From NCBI RefSeq assembly GCF_057098645.1, contig NZ_CM169472.1: 64,000 bases of DNA; one strand, given 5' to 3'. Both the position numbers and the translations under genes were made by a program. Position 1 is the stretch's first letter, and every line of letters begins with the position of its first letter. Below are positions 9,547-20,400 of the stretch, piece after piece. A model generated the notes under the pieces. The model did not search any database and was not told the origin of the DNA. It saw nothing but the letters and a program-made list of their open reading frames with translations.

Positions 9547-12500
9547 ATGGCGCTGGTCGGTATTAATAACGAAAACGAATTTTACTCTAACCACTATTTG
9601 GGTGAGGTTTTCACCAGTGATATCCGCGATGTGCTGGAACCCTGGATAGCCAAGGAAAATGCAGCGCGTGAAGCGGAGCGTGCCGCTCGTGAACAGGGCA
9701 AAGACGTGGAGCCGGGATACCGCGCTCCGTGGAACCAGTTTAACAGTCTGGCGACTGAGTTTTTCCGCAAACTTGCCGAGCACGAAAAACAGCGTCAGAT
9801 CCCGCAGCGTCTGGCCGATCAACGTAATCGCTGGCAGCCATTGTTAAAGGCGCTGGGCTACGAAATTACGCCACAGATCCAAATGCTGGATGACGATACA
9901 CCGCTGCCGGTACTGGCGCGTTACAACAGCACTGACGGTAGCCCGTGGCTGTGGATTGTTGAAGCACACGATCAGGAAGAAGGAACGCTGGATCCGCTGG
10001 CGCTCTCCTTACTGACCGCGCAATTCCCGGCGGATACCGACAAACATAAGCGCGACAGCCTGCGCAAAAAAGCCAACGGTGAATATCGCAGCTGGCAGGA
10101 TCTGCTCTCTACGGCGGTCTTCACCCAAAATGAACCGCCGCGTTTTGTGCTGCTGCTCGGTAACCGTCAGCTCTTGTTGTTGGACCGTACTAAGTGGGCG
10201 CAAAACCGTCTGCTACGTTTTGATTTTGAAGAGATTTTAAGCCGTCGTGAAACGGATACGCTGAAAGCGACTGCGGTGTTGTTACATAAAGATTCTCTGC
10301 TGCCGGGCAGTGGGGCACCTTATCTTGACTCGCTGGATGACAATTCGCACAAACATGCGTTTGGTGTTTCGGAAGATCTGAAATATGCCCTGCGCGAAAG
10401 CATTGAGTTGCTGGGCAACGAAGCGATGCATTATCTGATCGACCGTGGCCTGGCAAACTATACCGGTAACCGTGCGGTGGACCCGGATGAACTGAGCCGC
10501 GAATGTCTGCGTTACATGTACCGCCTGCTGTTCCTGTTCTACATTGAAGCGCGCCCGGAGCTGGGTTATGCGCCAATGACTGCCAAAACTTATCTACAGG
10601 GCTACAGCCTGGAAACGTTGCGCGATCTGGAGATGATCCCGCTGACCAGCGAAGAAGATCGCAACGGGCGCTACTTCCACGACAGCCTGAATATGCTGTT
10701 TAAACTGGTGCGCGAAGGCTACAACGGCGGCGTGAAAATGCAGAGTGACCTGGAGAGCGGCGACCGGATCACCATCCATAGTCATCAGTTCAGCGTCCCG
10801 CGTCTGGAAAGTCATCTGTTTGATGCCAACAACACGCGCATTCTTAACCGCGTGGTATTCCGTAACGAAACCCTGCAACAGATTATCCAGGCGATGTCGT
10901 TAAGCCGCCCGGCCAAAGGGCGCTTTAACCGCCGCGGACGTATTTCTTATCGCCAGTTGGGTATCAACCAGTTGGGTGCGGTGTATGAGGCGCTGCTCTC
11001 CTATCGTGGATTCTTCGCCAGCGAAGACCTCTACGAGGTGAAGAAAGCCGGGGAAGAGTTTAACGAGCTGGAGACAGGTTACTTCGTCAGTAAGGATGAG
11101 ATTGGCAAATACCACGAAGACGAGAAGGTCTACGAGAAAGACGGCAGTCTGCGCATTCACCGCAAAGGCAGCTTTATCTACCGTATGGCCGGGCGCGACC
11201 GTGAGAAATCTGCCTCTTATTACACCCCGGAAGTGCTGACCCGCTCACTGGTTAAATATGCCCTGAAAGAACTGTTTAAGGAGCAGATTGATCCCATTAG
11301 CGATCCGCACGCCAAAGCTGATGCCATCTTAAACCTCACCGTGTGCGAACCGGCGATGGGCAGCGCGGCGTTCCTTAACGAAGCCATCAACCAGCTGGCG
11401 GAAGCGTATCTGTTCCACAAGCAGCAGGCGGAAGGTCGCCGTATTCCGCAGGATCGTTACACCCAGGAGTTACAGCGGGTGAAAATGTACATTGCCGACA
11501 ACAACGTTTTCGGCGTGGACTTAAACCCGGTGGCGGTGGAACTGGCGGAAGTGTCACTGTGGTTGAACGCCATCAGTGGCGATGCCTTTGTACCGTGGTT
11601 TGGTTACCAGCTGCACTGCGGTAACTCACTGGTGGGCGCGCGCCGTCAGGTGTTCAACAAGAGTGAACTGACCTACAAAAAAGCCAAAGATCCGAGCTGG
11701 CTTAACAGCGAGCCGGTCGAACTGGCGATGAACACGCCGCGTGAAGAGACGCAGATTTTCCACTTCCTGCTGCCCGACGGCGGTATGGCTAACTACAGCG
11801 ATAAAACTGTTAAGCAGCGTTATCCGGATGACTTCAAAGCCCTGGACAGCTGGCGCAAAGAGTTTATTAAAAGCTTTGCCGGGCATGAGATTGCTGATGT
11901 GCAGCGTATCAGCGAAAAGGTGGAAGCTCTGTGGAACACTTATCGCCAACAACTTAAAGCAGAACGTCTGAAAACCGCCGACAGCTACCCGGTGTGGCCG
12001 GCAGAAAACAGCGAGCAGACGCGTTCTTCGCTGAGCAGTAAAGATGAAACCTTTAGCGGTCGTCTTGAAGATAACAGCGCCTACCAGAAGCTGCGTTGGG
12101 TAATGGACTACTGGTGCGCGCTGTGGTTCTGGCCGATCGACAAAGCCGATGAGCTACCGGATCGCGGCACCTGGTTGTTTGAGATTGAAACCCTGCTCGA
12201 CGGGATTGTAATCACGGAAAAAGTCACTGAAGTTGCGGAGCACACCACCGGCGATCTGTTTGCCGAAGAAGGCCTGCTGCGAGAAGAGTCTTCGCTGTTT
12301 TCCGTTGCTGGTCGTCTGAAAACCGAGGTGTTGTTCCGTCATTTGCCGCGTCTGGCGATTGTCGATGCCCTGAGAAAGCAGCACCGTTTCTTCCACTGGG
12401 ATCTGGAGTTCTGCGACCTGTTTGCCGAGCGCGGCGGTTTTGACCTGATGCTCGGAAACCCGCCGTGGCTGAAAGTGGAATGGCAGGAAGCGGGCGTGCT

Positions 12501-14457
12501 GGGTGATTACGAGCCGGAATTTGTGCTGCGTAAGCTGAGCGCCTCGAAGCTGGCAACGTTGCGTGTTGATACCTTTAACCAGATCCCGGCACTGGAAGCG
12601 GCCTGGCGCAGCGAGTATGAAGGCTGTGAAGGGATGCAAAACTTCCTCAATGCGCAGCAGAACTACCCGGTACTAGCAGGACAAAAAGCGAATTTGTATA
12701 AATGTTTTCTACCTCTGGGGTGGCGCTTAGGGGCGCAGAAAGGTGTCGTAGGGTTCCTGCATCCGGAAGGAATTTATGAAGACCCGAAAGGGGGAAAACT
12801 GCGTGGGGCGGTCTATCCAAGGTTAAGAGCTCATTTTCAGTTTCAAAATCAGCATATGCTTTTCCCTATCGGTGACAGGGTTAAGTTTAGTATTAATATC
12901 TACACCGCGTTTGTAAGTGATCATATTGGCTTCATTAGTATTGCAAACTTATTCTCGGCAAAAACGATTGAACTGTGTTTGTCGCATGATGGAACTGGAG
13001 AAGTGGGTGGTATTAAAGATGACGAAACCGACTCATGGAACGAATCAGGACACCAAAGCCGCATATTGAAAGTATCGTTAGAGCGGCTTTCCTTGTTTGC
13101 TAATTTGTATGATGAGCTAGGTATACCTGCGATTGAGGCCAGATTACCTGCTCTTCATGCGGATCACTTGGTGTCTGTGCTTGAGAAATTTGCTAAGCAG
13201 CCAACTAGATTGAGTGACTTAGAAAAAGACTATTATTCAACCCAACATTGGAACGAAGTTAATGCTCAGGATGATGGGATAATCAGACGCGAAACCCAAT
13301 TCCCGGAAGACGCATCCCAATGGATTTTGTCTGGTCCGCACTTCTATGTTGGAACACCGCTTTATAAAACGCCGAGAGAAATTTGCACAGAGAAAGGACA
13401 TTATGACTGCCTGGACTTGCTAACTCTGCCCGACGACTATCTGCCGCGCACTAACTATATTCCAGCATGTGATGCACAGGAGTATGCAAAGCGCACCCCA
13501 CGGGTTTCGTGGAAAGAACAGGATGAAGACGAGCCGAGGAAGGTGACGGATTATTATCGTCATATAAATCGAAGAGCCATTGGTTGTTCTTCGGAGCGAA
13601 CTGCTATAGGTGCAATTATACCCAAAGATGTCGCTCATATAGATGGGGGATTCTCATTAACTTTCAAAGACCCTAAACAACTGGTGATTTTTAATACCAG
13701 CTTCAATTCCTTACCTTTTGACTTTGTAATTAAAACAACGGGTAAAAGCGATTGTCGGGCGGAATTAGTAAAAATTTTACCAATGCTTTCAGATATAGGG
13801 ACAAGGCTATTTGCTCGGGGCTTAGTTAATAATGCAATAACAGCGCATTACTCCGATCTCTGGCAATCCTGCTACACCCCAGACTTCAACACCCAGCGTT
13901 GGAGCCGCGATCTCCCGCTGCTGCCCCAGGATTTCTTCGCCAATCTGACCCCAGAGTGGCAGCGTAACTGCGCCTTACGCTCCGACTACAGCCGCCGTCA
14001 GGCGCTGGTGGAAATCGACGTACTGGTGGCGCAGGCGCTGGGGTTAACCCTCGAAGAGCTGCTTACCATTTACCGTGTACAGTTCCCGGTTATGCGCCAG
14101 TACGAAGCGGACACCTGGTACGATCAAAACGGTCGTATTATCTTTACCCCAAGCAAAGGGCTGGTGGGCGTTGGCTTGCCGCGTACCGCGCGTAAAGCTG
14201 ACCTGAAAAACGGCTTTGTCTTTAACGTCGACAGCCCGGACTGGACCGGCGGTGACTGCACCGATCAAGCCATCGGCTGGGATGATGTCAAACATCTTAA
14301 AACTGGTACCGTCAGCGTCACCTTTGATGACTATACCCGCAGCGACGAAGGCGAGCGCCGTACCGTCACCTGGCAGGCACCGTTTATCAAGCCGGATCGC
14401 GAAGACGACTACAAAGTGGCCTGGGCGTTCTTTGCACAAGATAAGGAGAGCGCCTGA
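9547..14457 (+). CDS. Large gamma-class N6-adenine DNA methyltransferase (PglX / DrmMI / type IIG-like), 1636 aa
   Basis: GGAGGG RBS at 9534-9539; start 2 nt after gene 2 stop. SAM motif I-like CEPAMGSAAFL, GVDLNPVAVELAEVSLWL, catalytic motif IV NPPW at 12457-12468. Confidence 0.85.
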   Translation: MALVGINNENEFYSNHYLGEVFTSDIRDVLEPWIAKENAAREAERAAREQGKDVEPGYRAPWNQFNSLATEFFRKLAEHEKQRQIPQRLADQRNRWQPLLKALGYEITPQIQMLDDDTPLPVLARYNSTDGSPWLWIVEAHDQEEGTLDPLALSLLTAQFPADTDKHKRDSLRKKANGEYRSWQDLLSTAVFTQNEPPRFVLLLGNRQLLLLDRTKWAQNRLLRFDFEEILSRRETDTLKATAVLLHKDSLLPGSGAPYLDSLDDNSHKHAFGVSEDLKYALRESIELLGNEAMHYLIDRGLANYTGNRAVDPDELSRECLRYMYRLLFLFYIEARPELGYAPMTAKTYLQGYSLETLRDLEMIPLTSEEDRNGRYFHDSLNMLFKLVREGYNGGVKMQSDLESGDRITIHSHQFSVPRLESHLFDANNTRILNRVVFRNETLQQIIQAMSLSRPAKGRFNRRGRISYRQLGINQLGAVYEALLSYRGFFASEDLYEVKKAGEEFNELETGYFVSKDEIGKYHEDEKVYEKDGSLRIHRKGSFIYRMAGRDREKSASYYTPEVLTRSLVKYALKELFKEQIDPISDPHAKADAILNLTVCEPAMGSAAFLNEAINQLAEAYLFHKQQAEGRRIPQDRYTQELQRVKMYIADNNVFGVDLNPVAVELAEVSLWLNAISGDAFVPWFGYQLHCGNSLVGARRQVFNKSELTYKKAKDPSWLNSEPVELAMNTPREETQIFHFLLPDGGMANYSDKTVKQRYPDDFKALDSWRKEFIKSFAGHEIADVQRISEKVEALWNTYRQQLKAERLKTADSYPVWPAENSEQTRSSLSSKDETFSGRLEDNSAYQKLRWVMDYWCALWFWPIDKADELPDRGTWLFEIETLLDGIVITEKVTEVAEHTTGDLFAEEGLLREESSLFSVAGRLKTEVLFRHLPRLAIVDALRKQHRFFHWDLEFCDLFAERGGFDLMLGNPPWLKVEWQEAGVLGDYEPEFVLRKLSASKLATLRVDTFNQIPALEAAWRSEYEGCEGMQNFLNAQQNYPVLAGQKANLYKCFLPLGWRLGAQKGVVGFLHPEGIYEDPKGGKLRGAVYPRLRAHFQFQNQHMLFPIGDRVKFSINIYTAFVSDHIGFISIANLFSAKTIELCLSHDGTGEVGGIKDDETDSWNESGHQSRILKVSLERLSLFANLYDELGIPAIEARLPALHADHLVSVLEKFAKQPTRLSDLEKDYYSTQHWNEVNAQDDGIIRRETQFPEDASQWILSGPHFYVGTPLYKTPREICTEKGHYDCLDLLTLPDDYLPRTNYIPACDAQEYAKRTPRVSWKEQDEDEPRKVTDYYRHINRRAIGCSSERTAIGAIIPKDVAHIDGGFSLTFKDPKQLVIFNTSFNSLPFDFVIKTTGKSDCRAELVKILPMLSDIGTRLFARGLVNNAITAHYSDLWQSCYTPDFNTQRWSRDLPLLPQDFFANLTPEWQRNCALRSDYSRRQALVEIDVLVAQALGLTLEELLTIYRVQFPVMRQYEADTWYDQNGRIIFTPSKGLVGVGLPRTARKADLKNGFVFNVDSPDWTGGDCTDQAIGWDDVKHLKTGTVSVTFDDYTRSDEGERRTVTWQAPFIKPDREDDYKVAWAFFAQDKESA

Positions 14458-17400
14458 TGCTGCCGTCCGTTGTCAGTCGGCAGGTCGCCGACAGCGTTGC
14501 CGCCTTTTTACGGGCGGCGTTCCCGCTAAACAGCCCGCTGTTTAACGGTGAGAATAACGATAATGTCTCAATGCTGGAGCAATTTCTGGCCCAGCCCGAA
14601 ACGCTGCTGAAAGGACCATACCTTTCCGCCCAGTTGCCGTTTCGTAAAAGTGACTTACCACTGAATTTCTTCCCTAATCTGACGCTGCCGTTCCCGCCGC
14701 ACGCGCATCAGGCCCGGGCATTTCAGCGTCTGGGAAGCGACGCGCCACAGCCGACACTGGTCGCTACCGGTACCGGCTCCGGTAAAACAGAATGCTTTAT
14801 GTTCCCGCTGCTCAACCACTGCGCGGGCGCGTCACATGCCGGGGTTAAAGCGATTATCATCTACCCGATGAACGCCCTGGCAACCGATCAGGCCAGCCGT
14901 TTCGCCAAAACCATCGCCAGCGATCCACAACTGCATGGCAAGGTGACCGTCGGCTTGTTTGTCGGCGACAGCGAAATCGAACCCAGCAAGAAAATGTCGG
15001 CAGAAAAGGTCATTACCTGCAAGCACACGCTGCGCGAAAGCCCGCCGGACATCCTGTTGACCAACTACAAAATGCTCGACTACCTGCTGATGCGCCCTGG
15101 CGATCAGCCGCTCTGGCGTTACAACCAGCCCGGTTCATTGCGTTACCTGGTCGTGGATGAATTGCATACGTTTGATGGCGCGCAAGGGTCGGATCTGGCC
15201 TGTCTGGTGCGACGTCTGAAGCATCACATAGGTGTGGATAACCAACGATTCGCCTGCGTCGGGACATCAGCTACCGTCGGCGACGAACTGGGGCAACTGC
15301 TCGATTACGCAAAAACAATCTTTGACCAGCCGTTTACCGATGACGCCGTTATTCGCGAAGATCGCTACACGGCAGCGGAGTACTTGCAGGATTATGCCAT
15401 TGCGTACAGTCAGTATCCGGGGCCGGAGGCCGCTTCGGCCCTGGACCCGCAGAGTTACTCTACCCCGGTAGCGTATCTCAACGGGCAAATCCCTTTGTGG
15501 TTCCCCGACAGCGATTTGCAACTCCCGGACGATCTGGAGAGCGACGACGGGCGTGAAAAGCGTATTGCGCTGGGGTCACTGTTACGCCGCCACAGCGTGA
15601 TGCATGTCTTACTCCATGATCTGCAAGGCGGGATCCTCTCTGAGCGAGAGTGTCTGGAAAATCTCCAGGTCATGCTGGCAGAAAGCGCCGACCATGCCCG
15701 ACGCGTGCTGCAAAGCATTCTGGCGCTGATCGCGCAGGCACGTCTCGAAGTACCGGAAACGGAACACGATCGTCAAAAACGTCTCCAGGCGAAGAAAGCG
15801 CGTCCGGTGCTGCCGTTTGTGCAACTGCGCTCCCAGTTGTGGCTTCGTGAGATGCGTCGTCTGGTCGCCAGCGTGGCGAAAACGCCGCGACTGGTGTTTG
15901 CCGATGATGTGGCGGTGGAAGACCGCGAACACTATTTGCCGGTTATCCACTGCCGTGACTGCCATGCAACCGGCTGGGCCAGCCTGCGTCATGGGCAAAG
16001 CGTTCAGCTGGAAACAGACCTCGACGGCATTTATCGCCAGTTCTTTGAAAAAGGGCGCTCCATCGTCCTCGCTTTCCCGGATAATAACGAAAAAGCGGTC
16101 AGTGGCGCACACCAGAAACTGTGTCCTACCTGTCTGAAACTTAACCGACAGTCCAGCGTCCAGTGTGGACATTGCGGTCATACGGAACTGTTGCAGGTAC
16201 TGATCCCGGATATGCTCAAAGAGCGTAAGGACGAGCTGGAGTTTGCTAATGAATGCCCGTACTGCAACAGCAAACAGGGGATTTCGATCCTGGGGTCACG
16301 GGCTGCCAGTCTGTCGGCGGTGATGATTCACCAGCTTTATGGCAGCCAGTTCAACGAACATAAAAAGCTGATTACGTTTTCTGACTCGGTACAAGACGCC
16401 GCGCATCGTGCCAGCTTCTTTACTGCCCGAACCTGGCCGCTGATGATTCGTGGGCAAATCGCCAGTGTTCTTGGCGAAAAAGAGACATTACCGCTGGATG
16501 CGTTCGCGGCGCGTGTTTGCCAACAAACGCGTGAACGTTCACCGGACGATGCTCATTTTGCAGCGAACTTCATCGCACCAAATATGCAGTGGCTGAATGA
16601 TTATCAGACGCTGAAAAATGAAGGCAAACTGGCGGAGAACTCCGATCTGCCGGAGCTGGTTTCCCTGCGCCTCGACTGGGAGGTGTACAGCGAATTTACC
16701 CTGCGCGCGCGTATCGGACGTACGCTGGAAGCCACCGGTTATGCCGTTGCCGGAGTGGATAAAGATCGCTTTAATCCGGCAATTACCGCCCTGCATCAAC
16801 AGCTTTGTGAAGAGCTGGGTGATGAGATGTCCGGTGTGAGCGTCGAGCAGGTAGCGCACCTGGCGCTGGGGGTTATCTGGTATCAACGCCAGGCCGGGGC
16901 CGTTATGCATCCGGCGTTCGAAAGTTATCGCCGTGATGGCACGACCTTTATGATGACGCAAAAAGAGCGTACATCGCGCTATATGCCTTCTATCGGTCCG
17001 AAAACGCGTAAACCGGCTTATGCGTCGTTTGAAAAAATTAATGGTTTCCATCGCCTGATTGGCGCGAAGTCTAACCCCAGTTGGTATCAGCATTGGATCA
17101 ATCGCACGCTGAGTAACGGCAATAATCTGTTTATCAGTAGCGTTGCGGAAACAGTGTTACGACGCCTGTTTACGGCGTTGAAAATAGCCGGAGTAGTAAA
17201 AGATTTTGACACCAAAGGGCGTGAAGCCTGGGGACTGGTGCCTTCGGCGCTGGTGGTGAGCCGTGACGTCGTTCAGCTTAATTGCTCATGTTGCCGTGAG
17301 GTTGTCCGGGCTCCGGCCGATCAAGGCTGGCAGTGGCGTAATGCGCCTTGTCTCTCTTTACGTTGTGAAGGTCGTTACCTAGAAGTCGACAATATGGCGA

Positions 17401-20400
17401 CCTGGCGTTGGGAGAACATGGACATCGCGCGCGTGCAGGGCGCAGAACACACGGGGCTGCTTAGCCGTGAAGATCGCGAAGCCACCGAAAAATCGTTCTA
17501 CCGCGGCAACCAACCGTGGAATATCAACCTGTTGTCGGCAACACCGACGCTGGAGATGGGTATTGACGTTGGGGATCTTTCCACCGTTTTACTCTGTTCT
17601 GTCCCACCTGCTCAGGCCAACTACTTGCAACGTATTGGTCGCGCCGGTCGTAAAGATGGTAACGCGTTAAACATTACCGTGGCAGAAGGGAACCCGCACG
17701 ATCAGTTTTTCTTTGAAGAACCACTGGAGATGATGCAGGGCCAGGTGCAGGCTCCTGGCGTCTTCCTCAATGCAACGGCTATTCTCGAACGCCAGCTGGC
17801 AGCTTTTTGTATGGATAACTGGGTGAAAACCGGTGTACCAGAATCCGCTATCTGTAAAAACGTCAAACAGATGCTGGATGAGCTGGAGTTCGGGCGTAAA
17901 TCGGGTTTTCCGTATAACTTACTGCGATATATCGAACAGCATCATGCGGAGATTGCTGCGCAATTTACGGCAATCTTCCCCGATCTTGCCGCAGAAACTC
18001 GCCAACAGCTGTTGTCTTATCTTCAGGGCGCGCCAGGACAACGCTCGCTGGTGCAGCGTATCGAAGAAGCGTTAAAACTGCTGGTGGAAGATCGCAAATC
18101 TTTGCGCTCACGCATCGATAAACTCAAGCGCAGTATCGATAAACTGGAGAACGCGCCGCGCGATCAAAACTTTGATAGCGATATGCGCGAGTTAACTTCG
18201 GAACGGCAGGCGCTGATGGCGCTGGTCAATCAAATCAACAATAAGCAAACGCTGAATTTCCTCACGGATGAAGGTCTGCTGCCTAACTACGCCTTCCCGG
18301 AAGCCGGTATTACGTTACGTTCTGTGCTCTGGCGGCGTAAAGAAGGCGGGGAAGCACGTGAATATCAAAACACCACTTTCGAATATGAACGCCCGGCATC
18401 AACGGCGCTGGCTGAGCTGGCTCCGCTGAATAATTTCTATGCCGGTGGGCATAAAGTTGAAATTGAGCAGATAGACCTGAAGGTCTCTGAGCCGGAGAAC
18501 TGGCGTATCTGTAGCCACTGTAACTACAGCGAAAATATCGACCAGACGGGCGACCAGCATAAATATTGCCCGAAATGTGGCACACCGGGGTGGGCCGATG
18601 CCGGACAAAAAACCACGCTGCTGAAACTTCGCCAGGTTTATGCCCGCGCCAGCGCACGTGATAGCCAGATCAGCGACGAGAGCGACAGCCGTGAACCTGC
18701 TTTCTTCCAGCGTCAGCTATTGGTTAGTTTCGAAAAAGAAGATGTATCGGCGGCATACGCGATTGAGGAAGGCGAAGTTCCGTTTGGTTTTGAATTTTTA
18801 AGCAAAGTCACCCTGCGGGATATCAACTTCGGCAAAATGGCGGATGATGCCAATGAGTTGATGATTGCCGGAGAAGCGAAGAAGCGAACCGGGTTTAAAG
18901 TTTGCCTCGGGTGCGGCATGGTGCAGCGTCCTCGCGATCATGAACCACGTCATGATTTGAGCTGCAAATATCGCACGGAACCGGAAAAGGCGAAGTTCGA
19001 AGATTATCTCTACCTCTATCGCCAGCTGGAGTCAGAAGCGTTGCGTATTCTGCTCCCGGTAAGCAGTTACAGTAATGACCGTGTCGTGGAGGCTTCTCTT
19101 GGGGCGGCGATCCAGCTCGGTCTTAAACATTACTTCAAGGGGAATGTCGATCACCTGAAAGGCGTTGTGTACCGCGAGCCGGAAAATGAAGGCGAATCCT
19201 GGCGGCAGTATCTGGTGATTTACGATACCGTCCCGGGGGGGACTGGTTCTCTTAAAGAACTGATGCGCACTCCCGACAATTTGCTGAAATTACTTGAACT
19301 GGCCTATCAGGCAATAGTGGAATGCAGTTGCAACAATGATACGCATAAAGATGGTTGTTATCGTTGCGTTTACGCTTACCGTGACCGTGGGCGCATGAAG
19401 TATGTCTCCCGCGATCAGGCGCGTCTCTTGCTGGCGAAAATTTTGCAGGCAAGAGATTCGATACGGGTAATTGATTCCATCAAAAACATTTCCCTCGAAG
19501 CCATGATGGGCAGTGAGCTGGAAAAACGGTTTATTAGCTGCCTGCAAGAAAATAAAAACCTGATTGTCAGTCGCAGTTACGCGCATCAGGGCGCTGGGTG
19601 GATTATTAACACCCGCAGCGAACCGATGATGAGCTGGCATCTTAAAGCTCAGGTGGATTTAGGCGCTAAAGAGGCGGTGGGGATCCCTTGTCGCCCGGAT
19701 TACGTGCTATATCCGCTTATGCAGTCTGATGCCATTAAACCGGTGGTTATTTTCCTTGATGGCTTTGCGTTCCACAAAAATAGCGTCGCAGAGGATGTGC
19801 AAAAACGCCAGGCGATTCGGGATAGCGGTAATTTCTGGGTGTGGACAGTCACGTGGGCCGATCTCAAAGAGCCTGGGCTTAAACATGTTCAGGATGTCCT
19901 GGGACTTGGGCATAACCCGGATATGAAACAGCCTAAGTTTTATAACCTGTTTCATGATACCAACTTTGCGGCCCTTGAAGCGTCGTTCCGGGAACGCAAC
20001 AGTTTTGCACTGCTGCTGGATTATCTCGCCGATCCGGGCGGAAGAACGCAGTTATGGCAGAGAATGGCTGCTGCACATGCCTGGGTGTGGTTGGATGTGA
20101 AGAAGTCACAGGACGCGGGAACGAAACAAAAGTATGCCTATGAAATGCAGGAAAACGCGCCAGCCTGGCGGCTAGCAGAGCTTTTGCCAGACGAACCGTT
20201 TGTCTTTGGTGGTTTACTCGATAGCTGTAACTCATCGCAGCAATTTATTGAGCTGGCTTCGGTGTTGCCACAACAAGCCATTAAACCGACGACCAGCGTC
20301 GCACAAATGCGCAGCTGGCTGCGTTTGCATATCTGTTTTGACGATCGCTATACGCAGGATGACGGTTATGAAGCGGGACTCAATGGCTTCTGGCGACTGG

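Noticed and set aside
15609-17093. 190-aa and 184-aa minus-strand ORFs inside the second giant helicase gene
   Set aside because: Antisense shadow ORFs within a CDS carrying clear Walker A / DExH / helicase-C motifs on the plus strand.
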